From Alphaproteobacteria bacterium (GTDB taxonomy: Bacteria > Pseudomonadota > Alphaproteobacteria > JAQWUY01), in the NCBI GenBank assembly GCA_965276005.1, contig OZ254962.1, positions 1,887,809 to 1,951,808 of the forward strand: a stretch of DNA of 64,000 nt. The letters run 5' to 3'. The notes under the pieces are model-generated. The model was given only the letters and a program-made list of their open reading frames with translations. It searched no databases and was not told the DNA's origin. This document shows positions 39,754-48,987 of the stretch, in pieces. Both the position numbers and the translations under genes were made by a program. Each line of letters opens with the position of its first letter. Positions within the stretch are counted from its first letter, which is position 1.

Positions 39754-40839
39754 TTATCTGCTAGATTTTCTACGATTGCAATCTTTGCATAACATTTGAC
39801 AGTTTTGTTCCACCGTTTTACCGCCCTGCGACCATGGGGTGATGTGATCGCCTTCCATTTGTTTAATGTCAAAGTGTTCGTTGCAGATTATACATATACC
39901 GTTTTGTTTTTGGTATACTCTTTGTTTTATTTGGGGAATAAAAGCCCTTATATTTAAATGTCGTTCGTCATGAGTTAGGATATAAGGATAGATACCCTTT
40001 TGATTTTGTACATCTTCGTCTTCAATAAGTTTTGATATTTCTTTTTCTAATTCTGTCGTATCATAAGTCTTATCTTTAAATTCATTATACAGATCCCCCC
40101 AATTTACACCTTTCATTATTTTAACTCGTTTTTCTATAAAAGTGCCTTTTACCCAAGTAATGACATTTTGAAAGTATTGCCATAAAGCAAGTGCATTAAG
40201 ATCATGCTGATGATTCGACATATATGGTTCAATATTTTTTTCTGAAATCCATTTTATTACTGTTTCTAAATAGTCTTGTCTAATAGCAGAGCCGTTCAAA
40301 TAATCATGTCCAATTTGATAGGCAGGACACCCATTTTTACTGAAATACCTTTTAGCATCGGTGACCCAAGAACCCGAATAAACAGCATTTCTTAATTCTT
40401 GTTCTGTTAATTTTTCGCCTGCTATGTTAATAGTTTGAAACCATTTTAATTTTTCACTATCTTTGCCGCTACAAATATAAACCATTAATTTATAATCTAA
40501 AATTTGCTGTTGTTCGTCCGATTGCAAATTATGAAAACTTCTTAAATTATAAGAAAAATCACCATTGATATATTGGCATAAGGATAGGGTTCTTTGTTGC
40601 CCATCTATAACTTCAAAAGTTCCATTCTCTTTAAGAGCCCAATACATGACATTTAATGGAAAATTGTTTGTTACAGTATTTATAACTGCGTCCCGTTGTG
40701 CGTCTTTATAGATAAACTCCCGTTGATAGGGAGGGCGAATATCTAACTTTCCACCATACCCTAAAATGCCATTCTCTTGGTTGTCTTCATATCCATCTGT
40801 TAGTTCACGAACGGTTATTTCTTTAAGTTCTATTTTCAT
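39754..40839 (-). CDS. DUF262 (ParB-like NTPase/nuclease, DGQQR motif) plus C-terminal HNH endonuclease domain protein
   Basis: 'IRPPYQREFIY', 'FEVIDGQQRTLSL' (DUF262 hallmarks). C-terminal 'CIICNEHFDIKQMEGDHITPWSQGGKTVEQNCQMLCKDCNRRK' is an HNH motif. Start overlaps the methyltransferase stop (ATGA). Confidence 0.75.
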   Translation of the reverse strand: MKIELKEITVRELTDGYEDNQENGILGYGGKLDIRPPYQREFIYKDAQRDAVINTVTNNFPLNVMYWALKENGTFEVIDGQQRTLSLCQYINGDFSYNLRSFHNLQSDEQQQILDYKLMVYICSGKDSEKLKWFQTINIAGEKLTEQELRNAVYSGSWVTDAKRYFSKNGCPAYQIGHDYLNGSAIRQDYLETVIKWISEKNIEPYMSNHQHDLNALALWQYFQNVITWVKGTFIEKRVKIMKGVNWGDLYNEFKDKTYDTTELEKEISKLIEDEDVQNQKGIYPYILTHDERHLNIRAFIPQIKQRVYQKQNGICIICNEHFDIKQMEGDHITPWSQGGKTVEQNCQMLCKDCNRRKSSR

Positions 40840-41930
40840 AATTTTTTATTCCTTATAATTATGCGTGCGTATATACTAGAATACAATGCACCAGTTTCAC
40901 AGTCCTTAAATGCAGGTAGTTTTTTATCTTTTGTGGGATTATAAAGTCTATATAAAGTCCCTTTTGCATTCATTGTATATATACCTGTTGATTTCCCGGT
41001 TTTTTTGTCTAAAATCTCCATTTTTCTGTTAGTATCAAATTCAATAGAGCCAACAATCCCCAATGCTATAATTTCAAATTGTTCGGGATTATATTTATCC
41101 ATAAAAGTAATAGGGACACCCATCTCACCAGAATAATCCATTGGAATATCTTTGGTTTTGTCGACATTGATTGCATTAAAATTTTCATATTTCGGGTACG
41201 ATTCAGGTTCATACATTTTATAAAGAATTAAATCTTCGTAACGAGACTTATATTCCAAGTTTGTAAACCAACGAACACCTTTAACTCGGATAAATTTATT
41301 ATTATTTTCATCTACTCTAAACCCTGACGCTTTTAATGGATAGTCCTTGGGAACTCCAAATTCTCTGTCGCCACTTTTTATACTTGCCCCTAACCATATT
41401 TTATTATCACGAATCAACGAAAAAATTTCCTTATAAGTGAGTGCATTTAAATTTCCGATAATTAAAAACTGTTTATCATATTCGATTAGTTGTGCAACAT
41501 ACTCTCGAAACAGTGAAAATGGGGGGTTGGTAACAATAATATCTGCTTGTTTTAAAATATCGATACATTCATTACTACGAAAATCACCATCGCCATCAAG
41601 ATAATGAACGCCTATCTCTTCTATATCGGGAACATTGTTGCCATTTTTATCACCATTGTATTCAAGATAAATGGCTTTTTCGCTATCATTTTGACTAAAA
41701 AAATCCCTATTTTGATTTTTGTAACAAATGGTTATGAGTTTTTTTAAGCCAAGATGTTCAAAGTTATAAGAAAAATAGTGAAAAAAATTACTTACTCGTG
41801 GGTCATCACAATTACAAAGAACAGTTTTACCTTTAAAATGTTCCTTGTAATGTTTCAATTCTTTTTCAATATCCGAAAGCTGCGTATAGAACTCGTCCTT
41901 TTTTTGCTTTTTTGCTTGCTGTAAACCCAC
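40836..41930 (-). CDS. DNA methyltransferase, N6-adenine/N4-cytosine class (NPPF motif IV), EcoRI-methylase-family-like N-terminus
   Basis: 'DIIVTNPPF' catalytic motif. N-terminal 'KKQKKDEFYTQLSDIEKELKHY' resembles the EcoRI-type adenine methyltransferase family. Annotated start is GTG; an upstream ATG with a GAGGA SD lies beyond the poly-G tract (see findings). Confidence 0.7.
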   Translation of the reverse strand: MGLQQAKKQKKDEFYTQLSDIEKELKHYKEHFKGKTVLCNCDDPRVSNFFHYFSYNFEHLGLKKLITICYKNQNRDFFSQNDSEKAIYLEYNGDKNGNNVPDIEEIGVHYLDGDGDFRSNECIDILKQADIIVTNPPFSLFREYVAQLIEYDKQFLIIGNLNALTYKEIFSLIRDNKIWLGASIKSGDREFGVPKDYPLKASGFRVDENNNKFIRVKGVRWFTNLEYKSRYEDLILYKMYEPESYPKYENFNAINVDKTKDIPMDYSGEMGVPITFMDKYNPEQFEIIALGIVGSIEFDTNRKMEILDKKTGKSTGIYTMNAKGTLYRLYNPTKDKKLPAFKDCETGALYSSIYARIIIRNKKL

Positions 41931-41940
41931 ATTTCTAGTG

Positions 41941-41955
41941 GGGGGGGGGGGGGGG
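41941..41955. repeat. G15-16 homopolymeric tract (poly-C on the MTase coding strand), 10-25 nt upstream of the MTase GTG start
   Basis: catttctagtGGGGGGGGGGGGGGG(G)taaat. The longest homopolymer in the window. Confidence 0.85.
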
Positions 41956-42131
41956 TAAATATTTGTTTTTGTTGACTATTTTGTGTCATTACGCTATCAA
42001 TTCCTCATATGTTAATTTATTATCAAAGCCCCATCAAGTAGGCTGTTCGTATGGTCAAGTGTTAGTTCACAATTTCTTGTTTGGTAGCAACACTGGTATT
42101 TTGGATCATAATATCCCTGCAAATCGTAAAC

Positions 42132-42154
42132 ACAAAAACAGCAATCAGACGACC
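42132..42154. repeat. Right copy of the direct repeat flanking the MTase/DUF262-HNH cassette
   Basis: ACAAAAACAGCAATCAGACGACC. Confidence 0.7.
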
Positions 42155-42181
42155 GCTTTAATCTAAAATTAAAAGTACATA

Positions 42182-42775
42182 TCATGTAACAACATACTCG
42201 GATATGGCAATAATCACAGACACTAGCCCAGCGGTCAAGAATATTGTGCGATAACTTGAAATATGGATGTCTCGTTTGGTATCTTTGCGTAGCTGTTCTA
42301 TATCCTTACGCAAATCAACAATTTCCCTACGCAGATCGGCAATTTCTCTGTGAATATTTGCAATTTCCTCACGCACATCTGCAATTTCTTTTTCGGTTTC
42401 CACCCTTAATTTTGCAATTTCCTCATGGACATTTGTAATTTCTCTATGAATATTTGCAATTTCTTGCTTAGTCTCCACTCGTAAGCTTTCAATCTCTTTA
42501 TGGATATTTGCAATTTCTTTATGCACATCCGCAACCTCCCGTTTGCTATCGATACGCATTTGTTCTATATCCTTGTGGATAATAGCTATTTCTTTTTGAA
42601 TTTCTGCTACATCTTGTTTGGTAGCAACATTGGTGTTGGCAACCACCGCATAAGCAAGTGCCTTAGCATTTTGTTCTGACATGCCCATTCGTATCAGTTC
42701 TTGGGCGGTGCTGTATGTATCTGCAGTAGCAATTTGTAGTTCCATAGATCTTCTCCTTAGATGCGATTTTACCAC
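42182..42775 (-). CDS. Coiled-coil protein with tandem 11-aa (hendecad) repeats and C-terminal TM anchor
   Basis: Repeats KEIANIHKEIE / REITNVHEEIA / EEIANIHREIA. C-terminal hydrophobic 'IFLTAGLVSVIIAI'. The DNA carries the matching 33-bp tandem repeats (about 42290-42600). Confidence 0.5.
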   Translation of the reverse strand: MVKSHLRRRSMELQIATADTYSTAQELIRMGMSEQNAKALAYAVVANTNVATKQDVAEIQKEIAIIHKDIEQMRIDSKREVADVHKEIANIHKEIESLRVETKQEIANIHREITNVHEEIAKLRVETEKEIADVREEIANIHREIADLRREIVDLRKDIEQLRKDTKRDIHISSYRTIFLTAGLVSVIIAISEYVVT

Positions 42776-42935
42776 AGATTTACTTGAGAATCAACAACAG
42801 ATATTTGTCTTTTGTACATTTATACTTGTCGCCATTTTTTACGGGGGGCAAATAAACATCCACTGTCATCCCTTCCTAAATACCCCTAATGAGATGATAA
42901 AAGTATAAATCATAACAAAAAAATCTTATTTACAT

Positions 42936-43424
42936 ATGGAGTTAAATATGGGTATAATAGGCTTCGATTTTGCAAAATACACGGGAATATCTATGCCAAC
43001 ATTAACGGAAAAAACCAGTTTACGATTTAAGCATATACGCACCGCACATTTGTCAGAAAATACCGAAGACTATGTGGAATTGATATACGAATTATATCAA
43101 CAAAAAGGCGTTGCCCGCAGTGTCGACATCGCTAAGTACTTGGGGGTTAGCAAACCAACAGTCAATAAAACCTTAGCCCGTTTGCACAAAGAAGGGTTTG
43201 TCATTTGCCAAGCCTATCATCCCATTGCCCTAACAGACAAAGGCACAGAACTTGCCAAATATTGCCAAGCCCGCCACAAAGTTGTTCTCGACTTCCTGTT
43301 GGCAATCGGCGTTCCCAAAAATGTAGCAGAAATCGATGCAGAAGGCTTGGAACACCACGCCAGCCCGGAAACACTACAAATGTTTGAAGACTTTGTGCAT
43401 AGACAAAACAACACCGATACCTAA
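42936..43424 (+). CDS. DtxR/MntR-family metal-dependent transcriptional repressor
   Basis: 162 aa. N-terminal wHTH 'VARSVDIAKYLGVSKPTVNKTLARLHKEGFV'. Dimerisation/metal-site region 'HKVVLDFLLAIGVPKNVAEIDAEGLEHHASPETL'. Confidence 0.75.
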   Translation: MELNMGIIGFDFAKYTGISMPTLTEKTSLRFKHIRTAHLSENTEDYVELIYELYQQKGVARSVDIAKYLGVSKPTVNKTLARLHKEGFVICQAYHPIALTDKGTELAKYCQARHKVVLDFLLAIGVPKNVAEIDAEGLEHHASPETLQMFEDFVHRQNNTDT

Positions 43425-43429
43425 TATAT

Positions 43430-44347
43430 ATGGATACGCATAACACATTATACATTATTGGACCGAGCGCATCGGGAAAATCAGATTTCGCCGTACGATT
43501 GGCACAGCACTATAATGGTGTCATCATAAACGCCGACAGCATGCAAGTATACCAAGGTGTACGCATAGTAACCGCTATTCCCGATACACACACCCAACAG
43601 GGCATACCGCATATGCTGTACGGGTGCGTATCACCCCTAAAACCGTTTGATGTGACCCAGTGGCGACAGCGGGCTGTGGCGTGTATACAACAGGTACTAC
43701 AAATGGGCAAAACCCCCATTTTATGCGGGGGAACGGGATTATATGCGGCGGCAATCATGCACGGCTTATCGCCGATTCCCGATATAAACCCAACCATTCG
43801 CCAAACCGTCCGTAACATGGATGCACAAATGCTGTATACGGCTTTGCAAACCGAAGATCCCATCATGGCAAAACGATTACACAGGGGCGATACACACCGT
43901 TTGGCACGGGCATTGGAAATCGTCCGCAGCACAGGTACCAGCCTTGCCCATTATCAAAACATACCGCCGATTCTCATTCCTGCGGATATTCGAATCAAAA
44001 TGGTGGCACTTTTGCCAAAACGACAGACTCTATACGACCGCATCAACCACAGATTCGCCCATATGTTCAAAAACGGGGCGGTCGACGAAGTACAACAGCT
44101 GTTGCAAATGGGCGTCGATGACACCGCCCAAATCTTGCGGGCAATCGGCATTGCCGAAATTGTCGCATATATACAAGGAAAATACGATAAACACACCGCT
44201 ATCACGCATGGCAAAACCGCTACCCGCCGCTATGCCAAACGACAAATAACCTATATCCGCCACCAATTAAACCCACACATTATTATTGATGATACACAGC
44301 TTTTTGACATGCGGGATATACTTTTATATAAAAACAATGTACACTAA
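43430..44347 (+). CDS. miaA: tRNA dimethylallyltransferase
   Basis: 'LYIIGPSASGKSDFAVRLAQ…INADSMQVYQG…IPH…LCGGTGLY' are canonical MiaA motifs. 305 aa. Confidence 0.9.
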   Translation: MDTHNTLYIIGPSASGKSDFAVRLAQHYNGVIINADSMQVYQGVRIVTAIPDTHTQQGIPHMLYGCVSPLKPFDVTQWRQRAVACIQQVLQMGKTPILCGGTGLYAAAIMHGLSPIPDINPTIRQTVRNMDAQMLYTALQTEDPIMAKRLHRGDTHRLARALEIVRSTGTSLAHYQNIPPILIPADIRIKMVALLPKRQTLYDRINHRFAHMFKNGAVDEVQQLLQMGVDDTAQILRAIGIAEIVAYIQGKYDKHTAITHGKTATRRYAKRQITYIRHQLNPHIIIDDTQLFDMRDILLYKNNVH

Positions 44348-44415
44348 AGTGTATATTCTTTTTTTATTTTCTGTTATATTGGTTTCTATTAGGACAACAC
44401 ATATTAGGACAACAC

Positions 44416-45177
44416 ATGAAATCACAGCAACAACATGATATTTTGCCAGTAGAGAAAGTCATCGACGATATTACCCTGCACAAGGCAAAAAAAGGCGACA
44501 TCGGGGCGTGCTTTGATGTGGGCGATGCGTATTACCATTACTACAGGGACACACCAAAATCGTCTGTGGATGTGCTGCACCACGCAGAAAAATGGTTTAC
44601 GAAAGGGCTAAATTTGGGATCAGCCGCAGGATTTTATCCGCTCGGACTGGTGTACATGGAATATGCGGACGCTTTGTCCGAAACAGAAAAAAACATCAAG
44701 CAAAAACTGTCCTACCTGCTGCAGGCAGAATACTTATTTTTAAAAGCATTCCACGAAACTGAGGACACGGACGCCTGTTACCAGTTAGGCAAATTATACT
44801 TCGATCATGCGGATGTATTAGAATTCAACATGGAAACCACCCCACACTGCAAAATCGCCAACGACGATATGTCATTTATCAAAAAACAACGACGAAAAAA
44901 GTTGGAATCCGCAGAAAAGTACTTTTTATTGGCGATCACCCGGGGGACTCGTAAACCAGAACTCGTCCATTACATGCTGGGCATATTGTATTGGCAATAC
45001 GCAATAGATGCCAACAAAAAAGAAAAACCAAAATGTGTGGAAAATGCCCAATTCCATTTCAATTACACACTGCACCTGCAACCCCGAATCGCCATATGGA
45101 CGATATGCAGACTGTTTTTAAGTATCGGAGAATATAAGGTGGCGTTAAAGTACTTTTTGCGTATTTTTATTGGTTAA
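44416..45177 (+). CDS. Sel1-like/TPR-like repeat protein
   Basis: 'AEKWFTKGLNLGSAAGFYPLGLVYMEY', 'AEYLFLKAFHETEDTDACYQLGKLYFDH', 'AEKYFLLAITRGTRKPELVHYMLGILYWQ' fit the Sel1 repeat spacing. Low GC. Confidence 0.4.
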   Translation: MKSQQQHDILPVEKVIDDITLHKAKKGDIGACFDVGDAYYHYYRDTPKSSVDVLHHAEKWFTKGLNLGSAAGFYPLGLVYMEYADALSETEKNIKQKLSYLLQAEYLFLKAFHETEDTDACYQLGKLYFDHADVLEFNMETTPHCKIANDDMSFIKKQRRKKLESAEKYFLLAITRGTRKPELVHYMLGILYWQYAIDANKKEKPKCVENAQFHFNYTLHLQPRIAIWTICRLFLSIGEYKVALKYFLRIFIG

Positions 45178-45315
45178 GTGGTTTTTTTTATGGTGAAAGT
45201 TAAACACACTGTAAACAATATTTGACCAAAAATGCTTTTTTAGATAAAAAAATGACAAAATTTCGTTAAAACATGCTACTATTTAAAAAATGTATTGTTA
45301 AAAAAGAGTAATATT

Positions 45316-46482
45316 ATGTTAAAAAAGGTAAGTGTTTCTAACTATCATAGCATAGGACAACAAGCAGTTGAAATGTGTTTTGATTCTGAACTACCCATTT
45401 ATATTGTGATGGGGGGGAATGCATCGGGCAAGACAACTTTATTAAAAGCTATTTCCTTTATCTTTTGGTTTATGAATTCTGATGAACAACATGAGAAAGA
45501 CGAAATGGTGTTTTTCCCTCATGTACTGCATAAAACATCACCCTCTGTATTTGCAATAGAATATACAGATGGCAAAGCCAAATATCAATATCAACTTGAA
45601 TTCAAAAATGGTACTTTAGTCAGAGAAGAATTTTCAAAACATGTGACTAGGGGATATTCAAGAGTGTATTCTGTGTTTCGTACAAAAAACAATGTAGAAT
45701 ATAAACTTTCAAACGCATTAAAATCAGTCCTTAATGAAAATGATAAAGTGCGTTATGGCAAGTTGAAAAATTGTTCGTTTTACAGATTTTTGCAAAATAC
45801 GGGGTATTTTGATTTATTGAATATCGATGTCAATTTTGTAAAAAATATTGTGAGTAATTCTAGTAATATTGGGCGTCAAATCCAACAAGATGGAGTAAAC
45901 ATGTTTTTTAGCTTAGCCAATATATTACAAGAAAATAAAAAATTGCAGGACTTTTTAATTAACCATTTGCAAATGTTCGATTTCAATATATCAAAATTTG
46001 TTTTTGATGACAAGCAAGCACTAAGAAATGATAAAGGAGAACTAGAAACTGTAACGACTACAAGCTTGGTTCATAAAACTGAAAGTTCTAAGGCAACACT
46101 ACCATTGCTCTTTGAATCAGAGGGAACTTATGCAGTGATACCGTTTTTGATCAATTTGTATGAGTTGATAAAAAATGGCGGCGTTATGATATGGGATGAG
46201 CTAGAAAACAGTACACATCCATTGGTCGCCAAAAAATTTATATCTGTATTAAAACAATATGTACAACATCATAACATACAAATAATTTTTGCCAGCCATA
46301 TGAATGCGTTACTGAATGAATTTGAGAAGAAAAGTATATTTTTTGTGGAAAAAACCGATCTGTTGGAAACAGATGTTTATACATTAAATGATGTCGAAGG
46401 TGTGCGTAAAGATGAAAATTTTGCTGATAAGTACATTGGGGGGGTATATGGTGGCACTCCAGATATTATGGGAGTTGCCTAA
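45316..46482 (+). CDS. ABC-type AAA_21/AAA_15-like ATPase (AbiLi-like component of an abortive-infection/OLD-like pair)
   Basis: Walker A 'GGNASGKTTLLKAI', Walker B 'IWDELENSTHP', H-loop 'FASHMN'. Likely start is the second Met (MLKKVSVSNYHSIG), the typical N-terminus of these ATPases. Low GC (~30%). Confidence 0.7.
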   Translation: MLKKVSVSNYHSIGQQAVEMCFDSELPIYIVMGGNASGKTTLLKAISFIFWFMNSDEQHEKDEMVFFPHVLHKTSPSVFAIEYTDGKAKYQYQLEFKNGTLVREEFSKHVTRGYSRVYSVFRTKNNVEYKLSNALKSVLNENDKVRYGKLKNCSFYRFLQNTGYFDLLNIDVNFVKNIVSNSSNIGRQIQQDGVNMFFSLANILQENKKLQDFLINHLQMFDFNISKFVFDDKQALRNDKGELETVTTTSLVHKTESSKATLPLLFESEGTYAVIPFLINLYELIKNGGVMIWDELENSTHPLVAKKFISVLKQYVQHHNIQIIFASHMNALLNEFEKKSIFFVEKTDLLETDVYTLNDVEGVRKDENFADKYIGGVYGGTPDIMGVA

Positions 46483-47051
46483 TGGGTAAAAAAAGAAATA
46501 GAAAGACAGGGTATTTGTTTGTACTTGAAGGTGATGATGAGGAAAAATTATTGTGTGTATTTAAAAAGCTATATACAATACATAAAAAACACATTAGTTT
46601 TAAAGAAGTATTTGCCAAGGGAGGCGATCCAGATTCCATTATTACCTCTGCTTGTCACAAAAAGGATACAGTAGACTTTACATATGTATTATTAGACAAT
46701 GACATACCTATGAAATCAGATAATAAGACACTCTGGCAAGCTTGGACTATAGGAGGGACGCCTATTAATGGGAAAACACCATCACAACTTGTTGTTCTAA
46801 ATAAGAACGATAGAAATCCAATCTTAATAGTTTCTGAACCATTAGCTATGGAAAATACATTATTGGATTTGTTTTCTATTGAGGTAACTGCTGATAACAC
46901 AAAGGATTTAAAAACGCAGGTCAGAAACCATCTTGGGACAAATTGGGACAAAAAAATTACTCGAAAAATGTTAGAATCATCAACTAACTCTGTCATTCAA
47001 GAATTGGTGAAAATATTTCGAGAAATAGAAAACATTTCGCTCAGAAATTAA
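46482..47051 (+). CDS. RloB/DUF4276-like Toprim-fold protein (AbiLii-like partner)
   Basis: N-terminal '[15 protein letters not shown]' (RloB-type 'l.v.EGe.tE' motif) and 'LLDNDIP' (DxD). Start overlaps the ATPase stop (TAATG). Confidence 0.55.
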   Translation: MGKKRNRKTGYLFVLEGDDEEKLLCVFKKLYTIHKKHISFKEVFAKGGDPDSIITSACHKKDTVDFTYVLLDNDIPMKSDNKTLWQAWTIGGTPINGKTPSQLVVLNKNDRNPILIVSEPLAMENTLLDLFSIEVTADNTKDLKTQVRNHLGTNWDKKITRKMLESSTNSVIQELVKIFREIENISLRN

Positions 47052-47071
47052 AATCTAGCAAAGGAACGCAT

Positions 47072-48946
47072 ATGGTAAAAACATTTGATGTTATTGTGAT
47101 TGGCGGTGGGCATGCGGGATGTGATGCGGTGGCGGCGGCTGCTCGTATGGGGGCGAACGCATTGTTGCTTACCAATGGCAGACAGCACATTGGGGTTATG
47201 TCTTGTAACCCGGCTATTGGCGGGCTGGGCAAAGGGCATTTGGTCAAAGAAATTGACGCCTTAGACGGGGTGATGGGCGTTGTTACGGATCGGGCGGGCA
47301 TTCAATACCGTATGCTTAACGCATCTAAAGGTCCCGCCGTTTGGGGACCCCGCACACAGGCAGATCGTGCGTTGTACAAATCCGCTATGCAGGAGGTGAT
47401 CTTTCACTACCCGAATGTAACCGTCGCCGATGGCTTGGCGGCAGAAATTTTATTCGACACCAATACAGTCATCGGCGTTCGCACAGAGGACAACGATACA
47501 TACACTTGCGGGGCGGTGGTGGTAACCACAGGGACTTTTTTAAACGGCAAAATCTTTATGGGCGATGAGTCTTGGGATGCGGGGCGTATAGGGGAAGCAC
47601 CGGCAAAAAATTTGTCTACTTGCTTGCAAAATATAGGCTTTCAAATGGGGCGGTTAAAAACCGGTACGCCCGCCCGCTTGATCGAGGAATCCATAAACAC
47701 GGATGGTTTCGATGTACAGTATCCAGACGATACGCCGGTGCCGTTTTCTTATTTGAATACCGTTATCGATATTCCGCAAGTTCGCTGTTTTATTGCCTAT
47801 ACCAACGCCGAATCGCATCGAATCATTCGGGATAATTTACATCTGTCGTCGATGTATTCGGGACACATTAAAGGTGTAGGTCCCCGCTACTGCCCCTCTA
47901 TCGAAGACAAAATTGTTCGCTTTGCCGATAAGCACCGTCATCAAATATTTCTCGAGCCCGAAGGGCTAAACGACAACACCATATATCCGAACGGTATGTC
48001 TATGTCCATGCCCCGCAGAGTACAAGATGCGTTTTACAAGTCGATCAAAGGGCTAGAAAATGTGCAGATTAAACAGTACGCATACGCCATTGAGTACGAC
48101 TACATCGACCCCCGAGAATTAAAGCCTACCTTAGAGGCAAAAAAGGTCTCAGGGCTGTTTATGGCGGGGCAAATAAACGGCACCACAGGATACGAAGAAG
48201 CCGCCGCACAAGGTTTAATCGCCGGTATCAACGCCAGCCTTGTTGCCGGCGACAGCCAAAAACAATTTACCATTTCTCGCACAGATGGATATATCGGGGT
48301 GATGATCGACGATTTAATCACCCGGGGCACCAATGAACCCTACCGCATGTTTACCAGCCGAGCCGAATACCGCTTGCGACTGCGACAAGACAATGCGGAT
48401 CAACGCTTAACCAACACCGGCATCGAAATCGGTGTGGTCGGAAAAACCCGCAAAAAGCACTGGACAAACAAGAAAAACGCCCTGCATACAGTAAAAACAA
48501 AAATGCAATCGTTAAAAGCCAGCCCGAATCACTTACAGCGATTCGGTATTGCCATCAACAAAGACGGCAAAGTACGCACCGCCTTAGACATATTGGGGTT
48601 GCCGAATATTACCTTTGATACCCTCTGTCAAGTGTGGCCCGAACTGAACGCCCTGTCCGCCCCCATGCGACAAGCAATGGAAATCGATGCATTATACAGC
48701 GGCTATATGGTACGGATGGAACAGGATATTGCCGCTTTTAAAAAAGACGAAAATATCCGTTTGCCCATCGATTTAGACTACAAAAATATCGGCGGGTTAT
48801 CGTCCGAATCCATCGACAAACTCAGCCAAGCCCAACCGGCAACACTGGGAGCGGCAAGTCGTATTCCCGGCATTACACCGGCAGCGGTCATAACCGTGTT
48901 GCACTATGTACGCAAAACCTATACCAACAAAGCCCCTGCGGGATAA
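47072..48946 (+). CDS. mnmG: tRNA uridine 5-carboxymethylaminomethyl modification enzyme MnmG (GidA)
   Basis: '[15 protein letters not shown]' FAD motif. 624 aa, typical MnmG throughout. Confidence 0.95.
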   Translation: MVKTFDVIVIGGGHAGCDAVAAAARMGANALLLTNGRQHIGVMSCNPAIGGLGKGHLVKEIDALDGVMGVVTDRAGIQYRMLNASKGPAVWGPRTQADRALYKSAMQEVIFHYPNVTVADGLAAEILFDTNTVIGVRTEDNDTYTCGAVVVTTGTFLNGKIFMGDESWDAGRIGEAPAKNLSTCLQNIGFQMGRLKTGTPARLIEESINTDGFDVQYPDDTPVPFSYLNTVIDIPQVRCFIAYTNAESHRIIRDNLHLSSMYSGHIKGVGPRYCPSIEDKIVRFADKHRHQIFLEPEGLNDNTIYPNGMSMSMPRRVQDAFYKSIKGLENVQIKQYAYAIEYDYIDPRELKPTLEAKKVSGLFMAGQINGTTGYEEAAAQGLIAGINASLVAGDSQKQFTISRTDGYIGVMIDDLITRGTNEPYRMFTSRAEYRLRLRQDNADQRLTNTGIEIGVVGKTRKKHWTNKKNALHTVKTKMQSLKASPNHLQRFGIAINKDGKVRTALDILGLPNITFDTLCQVWPELNALSAPMRQAMEIDALYSGYMVRMEQDIAAFKKDENIRLPIDLDYKNIGGLSSESIDKLSQAQPATLGAASRIPGITPAAVITVLHYVRKTYTNKAPAG

Positions 48947-48987
48947 TAACGGAGCGAGATATAACAAGAGGAAAAAATATTTTCACC

